From positions 1-64,000 of the IMG/VR virus record IMGVR_UViG_3300025785_001261: a stretch of 64,000 nucleotides of DNA. One strand, given 5' to 3'. The translations under genes and the position numbers were made by a program. Position 1 is the stretch's first letter, and each line of letters starts with the position of its first letter. The DNA comes from a virus. The notes beneath the pieces were generated by a model, which was not told the DNA's origin, made no database searches, and saw only the letters and a list, made by a program, of their open reading frames with translations. Shown piece by piece: positions 1-9,377 of this stretch.

Positions 1-177
1 GTAGATGCTTTCAGAGAAGGCGGATTCAAGGGTGTGGTATACTTGATGCCACAAGGCGGAATAGTTGAGCCATACGACAGCAACAAGTTAAATATTGCCA
101 ACATCTGTTGCGAACGTGGATTCAATTACAGTCCACGCTTACATGTGGACTTATGGGGCAACGGCTGGGGTAAATGA
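1..177 (+). CDS. queE: 7-carboxy-7-deazaguanine synthase QueE-like radical SAM protein, C-terminal fragment (5' end outside window)
   Basis: Frame 1 is open from base 1: VDAFREGGFKGVVYLMPQGG...FNYSPRLHVDLWGNGWGK*. VYLMP.G and SPRLH..LWGN are typical of the QueE C-terminus. Not in the ORF track. Confidence 0.8.
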   Translation, partial: VDAFREGGFKGVVYLMPQGGIVEPYDSNKLNIANICCERGFNYSPRLHVDLWGNGWGK

Positions 178-362
178 CACCGATTCCTGGACTGATACCT
201 CGACTCAAAGGTGATTGGGAACGGCATTGGACTATATTTCCACGTAGAATAAACGGTCGGTGGTATTGTAGAGAATATGTTTATCGTAAGTTTGTCTCAA
301 GTCCGGGCGGCGGATTTTGGCAGTACGGTGATGAATTTGATGTGCTAAAGGAAATTGAATGA
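174..362 (+). CDS. small hypothetical phage protein
   Basis: 62 aa, Trp-rich, ATGA-coupled to both neighbours. Confidence 0.6.
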   Translation: MTPIPGLIPRLKGDWERHWTIFPRRINGRWYCREYVYRKFVSSPGGGFWQYGDEFDVLKEIE

Positions 363-1591
363 ACGTAGGATTTATTGGTCTGGGCAAATTAGGACTTGAT
401 TGTGCTGAGGTCATGGCCGAACACTATACTGTACGTGGTTACGACCTTGAACCGCGAGTCAGCGAGTCAGTGCGTGTTTGTGATATCGATGAGGTAGTAC
501 AACAGAGTGATTGGATCTTTATTGCTGTGCCAACTCCTCATGCTGAAGGATATGATGGATCAGTTCCCAGTAGTCATATGCCTCCTCGAGACTTCGGACG
601 CGATGCTGTCATGGATGCTATCGAGCAGATCAATCGTCATGCCACAGCGCCTAAGAAAGTTGTGTTGATCTCAACTGTGTTGCCTGGAACCACACGCCGT
701 TATTTTGTACCGGCTCTCGAGGCTCGACACGAATTCCTTTACAATCCTTACCTGATTGCCATGGGTTCGGTCAAGTGGGATATGGTTAATCCTGAAATGA
801 TCATGATCGGCACAGAAGATGGTAGTTGGACTGGAATAGCTCTCGAACTGGTCGAAGTTTATCGTCCGCTCATGCAGAATGATCCACGCATAGAAATTGG
901 TACCTGGGACGAATGCGAAGCCATAAAAATCTTTTACAACACCTTCATCAGTGCCAAGATCGGTCTGGCCAACATGATACAGGATTTTGCCATGAAGATT
1001 GGACATATCAATGTGGACGTGGTTACCGATGCCTTGGCACAAAGCACCATGCGTATCATGGGACCTAAGTACATGACAGCCGGCATGGGCGATGCCGGTG
1101 CTTGCCACCCTAGAGATAACATTGCCTTGCGTTGGTTGGCCGAAGAATACGAAGTAGGGTACGATCTGTTTGATACCATCATGTTGGCCCGCGAACGTCA
1201 GGCCAAAAATCTGGCCGACTTTCTAGTCATACAGGCACAAAAGTACAATCTACCTATAGTGATACATGGCAAGGCCTACAAGCCCGATGTGCCTTACTGT
1301 ATTGGATCCTATTCGACTCTGGTGGGACACTATGTACAGCAGGCGGGACACCGCCTCAACTATGTGGATCCGTTGGCCGATGATACTACCGATGTATCTG
1401 TTGACTGGAACAAACCTGCGGTGATCCTGTTGGCCCATAATAAACATGTGACCTACGGATATACAGGGCAGACACAGACAGAAACTAACTACTTTGAATT
1501 CCTTGCAGGATCTGTTGTTGTTGATCCCTGGAGACAGTTCAACAAGTCCACACCAGACTTGACAGTAATACACTATGGAGATACAAGATAA
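359..1591 (+). CDS. ugd: UDP-glucose/GDP-mannose dehydrogenase family protein
   Basis: N-terminal GFIGLGKLG Rossmann motif, IAVPTP, STVLPGT, EAIKIFYN, GACHPRD (catalytic Cys), GKAYKPD. Confidence 0.9.
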   Translation: MNVGFIGLGKLGLDCAEVMAEHYTVRGYDLEPRVSESVRVCDIDEVVQQSDWIFIAVPTPHAEGYDGSVPSSHMPPRDFGRDAVMDAIEQINRHATAPKKVVLISTVLPGTTRRYFVPALEARHEFLYNPYLIAMGSVKWDMVNPEMIMIGTEDGSWTGIALELVEVYRPLMQNDPRIEIGTWDECEAIKIFYNTFISAKIGLANMIQDFAMKIGHINVDVVTDALAQSTMRIMGPKYMTAGMGDAGACHPRDNIALRWLAEEYEVGYDLFDTIMLARERQAKNLADFLVIQAQKYNLPIVIHGKAYKPDVPYCIGSYSTLVGHYVQQAGHRLNYVDPLADDTTDVSVDWNKPAVILLAHNKHVTYGYTGQTQTETNYFEFLAGSVVVDPWRQFNKSTPDLTVIHYGDTR

Positions 1592-1980
1592 TGGGCCTAC
1601 TAGATAGATTCAAAAAGAAAAAACCGGTAGAGGCCGTCAAGCCCAAAGAAAAAAAAGTGCCGGTTAAAACTGCCAAGGAATTGGCAAACGAACGAGGCGA
1701 ACCTTACATCAACATCATCAGCATGGATGTTGATCCGGCTGACATCAGCAACGGTGCCTTTGAACTGGACTGGAACGAAAAATTCATAGCAGATCTGGTA
1801 CGACATGGTTACATGATGGACAAGAATGACACTGACGCTGACATTGTGGATCGTTGGTTTACTGCGGTATGTCGTAACGTGGTCTTGGAAACCTATGAGC
1901 AGTATGAAGCCATGAATCCTGAACGCGACCGAGTTATCAAAAGCCGTAATCTTGGTGACGGATTGAGTGAAGTATCATGA
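1591..1980 (+). CDS. hypothetical protein
   Basis: 129 aa ORF coupled to its neighbours. Confidence 0.75.
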   Translation: MGLLDRFKKKKPVEAVKPKEKKVPVKTAKELANERGEPYINIISMDVDPADISNGAFELDWNEKFIADLVRHGYMMDKNDTDADIVDRWFTAVCRNVVLETYEQYEAMNPERDRVIKSRNLGDGLSEVS

Positions 1981-2456
1981 TTTTTAATCATGTTCGCAAG
2001 CTCAAGGACGAAGGTAAACGCATTGGCATTACCTTCAGTACCTTTGACATGTTGCACGCAGGGCATATTGCCATGTTGGCAGAAGCCAAAAACCATTGTG
2101 ACTACTTGATAGCCGGCCTGCAAACTGATCCTACCATTGATCGCCCTGGCACCAAAAATAAACCCATACAAAGTATAGTGGAACGTCAGATACAACTGGC
2201 GGCCTGTCGTTATGTGGACGAAGTTGTTGTCTATCAAACCGAACAGGATCTGGTGGACTTGTTGTTGATCTTGCCTCTGGATGTGCGTGTCCTGGGTGTA
2301 GAGTACGCTGACAAGGACTTTACTGGCAAACGCGAATGTGATATACGTGATGTCGAATGCATCTTTAATAGACGCGATCATTCATTCAGTAGCTCAGGCC
2401 TGCGTAGTCGTGTGGCACAGGCTGAAACAGTCAAACAGCTAAAGAAAAAATCATGA
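1977..2456 (+). CDS. cytidylyltransferase (TagD/glycerol-3-phosphate cytidylyltransferase-like, HxGH family)
   Basis: TFSTFDMLHAGHIAML, CDYLIAGLQTD, VDEVVVY, R.HSFSSS motifs. Confidence 0.9.
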   Translation: MIFNHVRKLKDEGKRIGITFSTFDMLHAGHIAMLAEAKNHCDYLIAGLQTDPTIDRPGTKNKPIQSIVERQIQLAACRYVDEVVVYQTEQDLVDLLLILPLDVRVLGVEYADKDFTGKRECDIRDVECIFNRRDHSFSSSGLRSRVAQAETVKQLKKKS

Positions 2457-3163
2457 TACTTTATGTCAACGGTGACAGTCATGCTGCTGCAGCCGAAGCA
2501 GTAAACAATCATGCATTCGCCATGGACGACGGCGCCTATTTTTATCTAGGACGTAGGCCACATCCAGATAATCAAGCAGTGGCCTGGGCCACACAGCTGG
2601 CTCGTGCATTCAAAGCTAGCCTGCACTTGGAAGCTGAAAGCGCCAGCTCAAACACCAGAATCCTACGCACCACTAGAGCCTGGTTAGACGAAAGAAAAAA
2701 CAGTGTAGAAGACAAATTGGTAGTGATCCAATGGTCAACTTGGGAACGTGAAGAATGGTTGTATGGGGACACGTACTATCAAGTAGGATCTAGTGGCATA
2801 GACGATATTCCGCCCGAAGCGCAGGAACGCTATAGAAACTTTGTGATTGGTACCAATTGGGAAGCCAAGACCAAAGAAGCACATGATAAAATTTGGGCAT
2901 TTCATCTGGAGTTGGCGACACAAGGTATTCCACATGTTTTCTTCAATGGCAACAACGATTTTAGCACTATTCCAGTAGAATCTAAAAAGGATTGGGGCGA
3001 CAACTACATTGGTCCATATGATCCGACGGCCACCTACGATGCCGTCCTACGGGCCAAAGGTATCCAAACCGTTTCACCAAAAAGTTGGCATTTTGGACAG
3101 GACGGGCACACGGCCTGGTTTCGTTACCTGCTAAACTACTTGATCAACAACAAATTCATTTGA
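2453..3163 (+). CDS. SGNH/GDSL-like hydrolase-fold protein
   Basis: N-terminal LYVNGDSH, SN.RI.RTT, C-terminal WHFGQDGH. Confidence 0.6.
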   Translation: MILYVNGDSHAAAAEAVNNHAFAMDDGAYFYLGRRPHPDNQAVAWATQLARAFKASLHLEAESASSNTRILRTTRAWLDERKNSVEDKLVVIQWSTWEREEWLYGDTYYQVGSSGIDDIPPEAQERYRNFVIGTNWEAKTKEAHDKIWAFHLELATQGIPHVFFNGNNDFSTIPVESKKDWGDNYIGPYDPTATYDAVLRAKGIQTVSPKSWHFGQDGHTAWFRYLLNYLINNKFI

Positions 3164-3188
3164 CATTTGATAGAATTTCTGCTATACT
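3160..3188 (+). promoter_or_regulatory. sigma70-type (early) promoter; ATG of rnh 6 nt after the -10
   Basis: TTGACA-17 nt-TATACT with an extended TG. Confidence 0.85.
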
Positions 3189-3194
3189 TGTAGT

Positions 3195-4193
3195 ATGAAA
3201 TATGTTCTCATTGACACAGCTAATATGTTCTTTCGTGCTAGACACGGTGCTTTTCGTGCCGCTGACACGTGGGAGAAAATTGGATTTGCCCTCCATGTGA
3301 CCCTGATGAGTGCCAACAAGGTAGCCAGACGTTTTGAAGCTGACCATGTGATGTTTGCCCTAGAAGGGCGTAGCTGGCGCAAGGACATGTATAAACCCTA
3401 CAAAAATAACAGAACTGTGGCTCGTGCGGCTTTAACCGAAGAGCAGGCCGAAGAAGACAAGATGTTCTGGGAAACCTATGATAACTTGACTAAATACTTG
3501 AGTGAAAGGACCAACTGTAGCGTGATACGGTGTCCGACCGCAGAAGGCGACGATATCATAGCTCGCTGGATAGCACTGCACCCCCAAGATGAACATGTAG
3601 TAATTTCAAGCGATACTGACTTCGTTCAATTGCTTGCTCCCAATGTAACACAGTACAACGGTATTACCGATGAATTGCACACTTTAGAAGGAATCTTTGA
3701 TGCTAAAGGTAAACCTGTCATTGATAAGAAAACTAAAGAACCTAAAACAATCCCTGATCCTAAATGGCTACTATTTGAAAAATGCATGCGCGGTGATAGT
3801 AGCGATAATGTGTTCTCAGCTTATCCGGGCGTACGAACCAAGGGCACTAAGAATAAGGTGGGCCTACAGGAAGCCTACGAAGACAAGGACCGCAAGGGCT
3901 ACAACTGGAACAACATGATGCTACAACGCTGGACCGATCCTGACGGTGTAGAACATCGTGTGTTGGATGATTATGAACGCAACAGGACCTTGATTGATCT
4001 CACAGCACAACCCGATGACATCAAGGCCGTAGTAGATGCGGCCATACGTGAACAGATTTCGCACAAGGACATTGGTCAAGTTGGTGTGCGCTTCATGCAG
4101 TTCTGTGGCAAGTATGAGCTCAACAAGTGTAGCGAATCAGCTGATTCATTTGGTCGATGGATGAACGAGACCTATAAAGGAGTACTAGCATGA
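3195..4193 (+). CDS. rnh: T4 RNase H-like 5'-3' exonuclease / flap endonuclease
   Basis: LIDTAN, WRKDMYKPYK.NR, EGDDII, ISSDTDFVQL, GDSSDNV acidic active-site motifs. Confidence 0.9.
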   Translation: MKYVLIDTANMFFRARHGAFRAADTWEKIGFALHVTLMSANKVARRFEADHVMFALEGRSWRKDMYKPYKNNRTVARAALTEEQAEEDKMFWETYDNLTKYLSERTNCSVIRCPTAEGDDIIARWIALHPQDEHVVISSDTDFVQLLAPNVTQYNGITDELHTLEGIFDAKGKPVIDKKTKEPKTIPDPKWLLFEKCMRGDSSDNVFSAYPGVRTKGTKNKVGLQEAYEDKDRKGYNWNNMMLQRWTDPDGVEHRVLDDYERNRTLIDLTAQPDDIKAVVDAAIREQISHKDIGQVGVRFMQFCGKYELNKCSESADSFGRWMNETYKGVLA

Positions 4194-4390
4194 ACGATCG
4201 TAGAACGCACATGATCATGATATCTGCCTTGATATTTTTGGCAGTATCCTTGGGCGGCTTGATCTGGGGTATAAACGCAACGCTGAGCGAGTCACCAATC
4301 ATGTACGATTGTCGTATCGCTGAAATCAGTCCAGATTTTACGCCGGCTATGAAAACAGCGTGTAGAGAAAAACTAAAGGAGGCACGATGA
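4190..4390 (+). CDS. small membrane-anchored hypothetical protein
   Basis: Hydrophobic N-terminal helix, then YDCRIAEISPDF..MK.ACR. Confidence 0.65.
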   Translation: MNDRRTHMIMISALIFLAVSLGGLIWGINATLSESPIMYDCRIAEISPDFTPAMKTACREKLKEAR

Positions 4391-4842
4391 GCCTAATAGC
4401 AAAACCAGTGATCAACAAACAGTATTGGATCCTACAGGAAAACGATCGTAAGGTCGGCAACGTGGAAGCCTGTGCTGGTGGTTATCAGATCAAGATCAAC
4501 AATCAGGTGATTGCACAGTTCAAGACAATCAAGATGGTTGAACAGCGTGCCAACATCCGCTTCGAACCACCCATGATTGTCACAGCGCCGCGCAAGAAGT
4601 CCAGTACCCAACTGGTACATGGCTATACCACTGCGGGACGTGCTTATAATCCTGTATGGGATATCAAGATGAAGTTGCCAATTTATACCAAGACCAGCAA
4701 GAGCAAGAGCTGGTTTGCCGCCGGCTGGTATCAGGTCAAGAAAGGACGTTCCTGGGCAGTGATGCAGGATCCTAAATTGATCGTTTTACAACGCTATGCC
4801 TATCACGGCCCATATCACACCAAAGAGGAAATTACGCAATGA
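4387..4842 (+). CDS. hypothetical phage protein
   Basis: 151 aa, ATGA-coupled. Confidence 0.75.
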   Translation: MSLIAKPVINKQYWILQENDRKVGNVEACAGGYQIKINNQVIAQFKTIKMVEQRANIRFEPPMIVTAPRKKSSTQLVHGYTTAGRAYNPVWDIKMKLPIYTKTSKSKSWFAAGWYQVKKGRSWAVMQDPKLIVLQRYAYHGPYHTKEEITQ

Positions 4843-5207
4843 CAAATCCATTCCAAGACCAACGAACATTCATGGAAGCCTGTGGACAAACCACAGATCA
4901 AGAAAATATAGATCAATATCAATTGTATCTTAATCTTATCGACGAAGAAGTACAAGAACTCAAGGACTCAACCACACCTGAGTCGGATCTTGACGCTTTG
5001 ATCGACATCTTGGTAGTGACCATAGGTGCCATCTATTCATTTGGTGCCGATCCTGAAGGTGCCTGGCAAGAAGTTATCCGCACCAACATGGCCAAGATCA
5101 ATGTCAATACCGGACGTGTAGACAAAGACAACACTGGCAAGGTACTCAAACCCGAAGGGTGGACTCCTCCTGTACTGAAACCATTTCTGCATGCCAATCA
5201 TCAATGA
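4839..5207 (+). CDS. MazG-like all-alpha nucleotide pyrophosphohydrolase
   Basis: LIDEEVQEL, DALIDILVV, V..TNMAK, GKVLKPEGWTPP. Confidence 0.85.
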   Translation: MTNPFQDQRTFMEACGQTTDQENIDQYQLYLNLIDEEVQELKDSTTPESDLDALIDILVVTIGAIYSFGADPEGAWQEVIRTNMAKINVNTGRVDKDNTGKVLKPEGWTPPVLKPFLHANHQ

Positions 5208-5407
5208 GTCTGCACATACAACGATTCGTTGATCGCTTGCGTGGGCAAGAAGCCAGAGGAGTCAAGGACTTTGTTATGAGCATGACTGATGCCAAGGATC
5301 TACATGCTGATATCACCAGATTGCTGGCAGAATTGCAGAGTCTCAAGGAAACTCCTACAGATCAGCAGGAAGTAATCACCATCAAAATGGATGGGGGTCG
5401 GTTCTAA
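5204..5407 (+). CDS. hypothetical protein
   Basis: Start reassigned to MSLHIQ (ATG overlapping the upstream stop). Confidence 0.65.
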   Translation: MSLHIQRFVDRLRGQEARGVKDFVMSMTDAKDLHADITRLLAELQSLKETPTDQQEVITIKMDGGRF

Positions 5408-5446
5408 AACTGCATACATTTTGGCATAAATAAATGTAGGAGTATA

Positions 5447-5737
5447 ATGATGAGCCGACCAAAACCTAACATTCTGGTAGAACTGACCAACAAGAGCAAC
5501 TACAAGACCGAACAGGTCTTGGCATCGGAAGGAGTATGGGCGGTGTTCTATGATGCCAAACCCATCAATCTCAAGACAGCCAATCTCTTGGTACAGTATC
5601 CTGGACCCAAATACAAGAAGGTTTCGTTCTCTAATCCAGGACATGCCATCAACCTGGCACGCAAGCTGAACACCCAGTTCAAGACCGACAAGTTCTCTGT
5701 TGTGGTACTCAAGCAGGGCGATCGAATCTACCCTTGA
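5447..5737 (+). CDS. hypothetical phage protein
   Basis: AGGAG RBS, CATAAATA late-like box upstream. Confidence 0.8.
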   Translation: MMSRPKPNILVELTNKSNYKTEQVLASEGVWAVFYDAKPINLKTANLLVQYPGPKYKKVSFSNPGHAINLARKLNTQFKTDKFSVVVLKQGDRIYP

Positions 5738-5738
5738 T

Positions 5739-6410
5739 ATGAATCACTTGGTGGTGTTTGGCGACAGCTGGCCACATGGTGATGAACTGGCACCAGGAGA
5801 AAAAACATTTGGTGAATTGATTTCCGATGCTTTAGGATTAACATTTCAACGCTACACACAACCGGCTTCCAGCGTTGACCATATGGTCTGGAGCCTGCGT
5901 AATTTTTTAGAAACCAATCCCGGTGTAGACTTTTCCAAATACTGTGCTTTATTCTGCATAACCAGTATAGAACGTAGCATGACCTGGAATCAGAACTACT
6001 GGATGTTCCAGACCATCCGTGGTGGATTCGGTCATCCTCAAGACAATGCCTTATCTACAGAACTCAATCGACTGTATTGGAAATATTTTTATAGTCCAGA
6101 GCAAGCCCTGTTTCGTGCAAACAACAGCATTGTGTGTCTACAGGCCTTGTGTCGTCGGTACGGCATCAAAGACTATTATGTGGCTGGTTGGCAAACTCTG
6201 GATCTATGGTCCGAGATCGATCTAGATAGATTTTATCTAGCCGGACAAGTCAGTATGGCCGACATGATAGATTTAAAAATGGCCAACGGTGTGGTCATTA
6301 GAGAAAATCCCTACATATGGCCAAATCAAAGCAAACCAAATCAGGCCGGACACAAAATTATAGCCGATACTCTGTGTAAATGGATATGTGATCATGCGCA
6401 ACAAACGTGA
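5739..6410 (+). CDS. SGNH/GDSL-like protein
   Basis: VVFGDSW at the N-terminus and KPNQAGH..IA at the C-terminus; start reassigned to 5739. Confidence 0.6.
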   Translation: MNHLVVFGDSWPHGDELAPGEKTFGELISDALGLTFQRYTQPASSVDHMVWSLRNFLETNPGVDFSKYCALFCITSIERSMTWNQNYWMFQTIRGGFGHPQDNALSTELNRLYWKYFYSPEQALFRANNSIVCLQALCRRYGIKDYYVAGWQTLDLWSEIDLDRFYLAGQVSMADMIDLKMANGVVIRENPYIWPNQSKPNQAGHKIIADTLCKWICDHAQQT

Positions 6411-6762
6411 GCTGACCGAGACCCTGGTGGCACAGCTGGACCCTGCCCTGGGCATCACAGTTGATACAGCATATACCACCTGGTGGCACAACATCAGAGC
6501 CGGTGGTGGTATGCGACTTACCGGCGCAGGTGCTAAGGTATTCCTTGAGTATTTAAAATTGGAACACTACACATTTACCGTAGATCCCTTGGCCGTGACT
6601 TCAAGATTGATCATTGACATGGACCGTAGATTGCAACAGCCTTACTATATCCGAATGGTAAAACACTATCCAAGAGAAGTTGTATTTTTTGGCTCCAAAG
6701 AAGCCATGATGGCCAATCTGTATGGTGATCTGAAGAAATTTATTGACAATTATGGTTCATGA
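6394..6762 (+). CDS. hypothetical phage protein
   Basis: 122 aa, WWHNIRAGGGMRLT motif. Confidence 0.7.
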   Translation: MRNKRELTETLVAQLDPALGITVDTAYTTWWHNIRAGGGMRLTGAGAKVFLEYLKLEHYTFTVDPLAVTSRLIIDMDRRLQQPYYIRMVKHYPREVVFFGSKEAMMANLYGDLKKFIDNYGS

Positions 6763-6771
6763 TGCTATAAT
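6743..6771 (+). promoter_or_regulatory. consensus sigma70 promoter for the tRNA/tmRNA locus
   Basis: TTGACA-17 nt-TATAAT with TG extension, 7 nt before the tRNA 5' end. Confidence 0.9.
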
Positions 6772-6778
6772 AGCTTAT

Positions 6779-6855
6779 GGGCCTATAGCTCAGTTGGTTA
6801 GAGCAGAGGACTCATAATCCTTTGGTCCCTGGTTCGAGTCCAGGTGGGCCCACCA
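6779..6855 (+). tRNA. tRNA-Ile2 (CAT, lysidine type); Met not excluded
   Basis: Cloverleaf GGGCCTA/TGGGCCC, anticodon loop CTCATAA, GGTTCGAGTCC T-arm, encoded CCA; resembles bacterial ileX. Confidence 0.9.
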
Positions 6856-6856
6856 A

Positions 6857-6864
6857 TATAAATA
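6857..6864 (+). promoter_or_regulatory. T4-like late promoter box upstream of the tmRNA
   Basis: Exact TATAAATA. Confidence 0.6.
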
Positions 6865-6868
6865 GATT

Positions 6869-7170
6869 TGATTGTTGTAATTCCTTCGTAGTGAAGGCAC
6901 TGTGGACCCGGGTTCGATCCCCGGCATCTCCACCATAAGGGTATAGTATGTTTGAAACATGGCACTGGCAGTACGTATGGGGCATAGCCTGCACTGTAAA
7001 CTATATCTTTATGATGGGGATGACATGGCTTCGACATGGTGAGATAGCGAAAGAGGCAACAGGACAGAGCAGTCCCAAAAACTAAAAAACGTAAACGCAA
7101 ACGACGAACAGTTCGCATTGGCAGCCTAGGCTGTCTAGGGTAGGAAATACCTCGTAACAGAAACAACCAA
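6869..7170 (+). ncRNA. ssrA: circularly permuted (two-piece) tmRNA
   Basis: The acceptor 3' half (GGACCCGGGTTCGATCCCCGGCATCTCCACCA, ending 6935) precedes the 5' half (GGGGATGAC..GGCTTCGAC, from 7016). G3.U70 Ala identity pair. Tag ORF 7097-7129 = ANDEQFALAA*. Confidence 0.93.
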
Positions 7171-7171
7171 G

Positions 7172-7190
7172 AAAGGGCTTCGGCCCTTTT
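7172..7190 (+). terminator. intrinsic terminator after the tmRNA
   Basis: AAAGGGC-TTCG-GCCCTTTT. Confidence 0.85.
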
Positions 7191-7211
7191 CTTACAAATA
7201 AGTACAGTTCT

Positions 7212-8672
7212 ATGTGCGGTATACTTCTAGTTCGCAGTCGCGATAAAATTCCTTTACAAAAGCACTTTGATGCTTTGAAACAGATCCAAAGTCGCGGACC
7301 CGATTTCATGCGCTATCGACATGAGAACGGTATCTTTATTGGACACACGGTCCTACATATAACCGGCGATCGAGAATACTACGACAATAGCCATAGAAAC
7401 TTCCTGGCCTACAACGGTGAAATCTACAACTACAGAGATCTAGGTGCCTACCGTACCGACACCGAATTCGTACATGAATGTGTGGAGAACGATCTAGGAC
7501 GTCTTACGGCCGGGTGGGGTCCTTGGGCCTGGGCCTGGACTGACAGTGAAACTGTGCTGTATGCGTCAGATCCACAGGGCGAACGTGCTCTCTATCAGTA
7601 CCAGGACGATTCAATTTTGATAGTGTGTTCAGAAGTGGCGCCTATCCTAAGTTATATTGACGGGATAAAACAAGCACAATCTTATGAGACCCGCAACTGG
7701 ACCATGCTGGACACCACACCTTGGCAGGGCATTGTCAAGTGCGTGCCGGGCATGCTGTACCGTGATGGACACCCATCGGGCATCATTGACAGCATATGGT
7801 CATGGGTAAAAGAACCGCAACATGTGACCGAAGATGAGGCCTACGAAGATTTTAGTTCGATATGGCGCGATGTCATGCGGCAAATGACTCCAGCCTGTCC
7901 TGCGGGCTTGACCTATTCGGGTGGTCTAGACAGCTCCATAATCCTAAGCCACTTGCCAGGAGCATATCTATACACCACCAACATGCAGGGCAAAGATCCT
8001 ATAGCAGAACGTGTGGAAGGTTTTCTTAACGCCGGAGAACAACGACGCTTGGCACGCTTTGATGTAAACGAACAGGATTTTGCTCAGGCCTTTGGTGCCT
8101 GCCAGACTCGCATACGCATGCCCATACAGAGTCCCAGTTTTGTGGGGCAGTGGCTCATAGCAGCCTTGTGTGGACAACGGGTGCTGTTCACAGGCATTGG
8201 TGCTGACGAGCTGTTTGGGGGTTACCCTGTGTACGATCGCATGGACTTTGTCAGTTCAGAATCAGCTAGCCCTTATAGTCTAGGCACTCCACTATGGCGC
8301 CAATGTCTGGATACCTGTTCAGGCGATGCAGAAGCTGCCACATTGTTGGCTGACTACTGGCATCAGATAGTGGGTTGTGATGCCAGAGGAGTCGACATGA
8401 TCTGTGGTTCACACGGCATAGAAGCCAGAAGTCCATTCTTGGCTACACCTGTCATTAGATTCGCATTGAATCTGCCCATGTACTTACGACGCGGTAAACC
8501 CTTGATCCGACGGATGTTTCTTGAACGCTGGAATGAGTCACAGATACATGCCAAAAAAGGCTTCACCGGACACTGTAATGATGCACTGCCTTGGATGGGC
8601 ATTGAGATCGTGCCCACCGGAGATAGACAGTCAGACTGGCGACAAATTATACAAACCTGCTTTTATTCGTAA
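7212..8672 (+). CDS. asparagine synthetase (glutamine-hydrolysing)-like amidotransferase
   Basis: MCGI Ntn cysteine, RGPD, YNGEIYNY, SGGLDSS PP-loop, TGIGADELFGGY, EARSPFL. Confidence 0.9.
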   Translation: MCGILLVRSRDKIPLQKHFDALKQIQSRGPDFMRYRHENGIFIGHTVLHITGDREYYDNSHRNFLAYNGEIYNYRDLGAYRTDTEFVHECVENDLGRLTAGWGPWAWAWTDSETVLYASDPQGERALYQYQDDSILIVCSEVAPILSYIDGIKQAQSYETRNWTMLDTTPWQGIVKCVPGMLYRDGHPSGIIDSIWSWVKEPQHVTEDEAYEDFSSIWRDVMRQMTPACPAGLTYSGGLDSSIILSHLPGAYLYTTNMQGKDPIAERVEGFLNAGEQRRLARFDVNEQDFAQAFGACQTRIRMPIQSPSFVGQWLIAALCGQRVLFTGIGADELFGGYPVYDRMDFVSSESASPYSLGTPLWRQCLDTCSGDAEAATLLADYWHQIVGCDARGVDMICGSHGIEARSPFLATPVIRFALNLPMYLRRGKPLIRRMFLERWNESQIHAKKGFTGHCNDALPWMGIEIVPTGDRQSDWRQIIQTCFYS

Positions 8673-9361
8673 CTGCTCCAGTTGATCTCGAGATCAAACC
8701 ACTCAGGAGAAAACTTTATGGCAGGATTTTGCAATAGATATCTATGCAATACATCAACACAATAGGATTCCCCGGGTGTCACTGACCGGGTAAGATCACT
8801 GTTGTATTCGTACCAATATAGTCCATGGTCAGCACTGGCATCGGTCAAGGTAAAGATAAACTGCTGACCCGGAACCGCGCCACACAGGGCAGCAAACTTT
8901 TCAAATGTTGCAACAGATTCCAAGTGCGCATACTGTTGGATTGCATCAGCCCGGCAGGTTACGAATGCTGCCACTGTATCAATTTGGGGTATGCGTTCCA
9001 ATACACGACAACGACTTTCCCCGGTATTGGCCCGATAATGGCCCGGAACTAGATCGGGTCTCAACAGCATGGGTTTCACTATACCCTGTGCCTGTATGTC
9101 GTGCAACCAAAGATTCAATTTGACCAGATTCGCTATGTCATAATGATTGCGCGGGTTGGCTACGAACCCGGCCACACCCAGATCCTGTATGTTGCGATTG
9201 GCCCAGTTGCTCAACACTGACAAGGTCTGTTCATAGCGTATGCTCTTGACTGGCACAGCCGGGTCATAAAACAAGGCGTGGCGACCTGAATGCAGACTAT
9301 CTGCTATGGGGTCCAGATCAGAAGGATAGGTTATTTCTATTTTGGGATTGTTCCAGTACAT
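8663..9361 (-). CDS. hypothetical protein, possible ParB/Srx-like domain
   Basis: DIQAQGIVKPMLL...NTGESR resembles the ParB-N box motifs. Confidence 0.5.
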   Translation of the reverse strand: MYWNNPKIEITYPSDLDPIADSLHSGRHALFYDPAVPVKSIRYEQTLSVLSNWANRNIQDLGVAGFVANPRNHYDIANLVKLNLWLHDIQAQGIVKPMLLRPDLVPGHYRANTGESRCRVLERIPQIDTVAAFVTCRADAIQQYAHLESVATFEKFAALCGAVPGQQFIFTLTDASADHGLYWYEYNSDLTRSVTPGESYCVDVLHRYLLQNPAIKFSPEWFDLEINWSSYE

Positions 9362-9377
9362 ATAAGTAATTATTCAC

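Noticed and set aside
6948-7085. 45-codon ORF (MFETWHWQYVWG...) starting in the tmRNA intervening segment
   Set aside because: It overlaps the tmRNA 5' piece and would be cut during maturation; weak RBS; probably incidental.
6798-7309. Minus-strand ORFs over the tRNA/tmRNA locus (likewise 13362-14061 and 17287-18338)
   Set aside because: Antisense shadows of RNA genes or of better-supported plus-strand genes.
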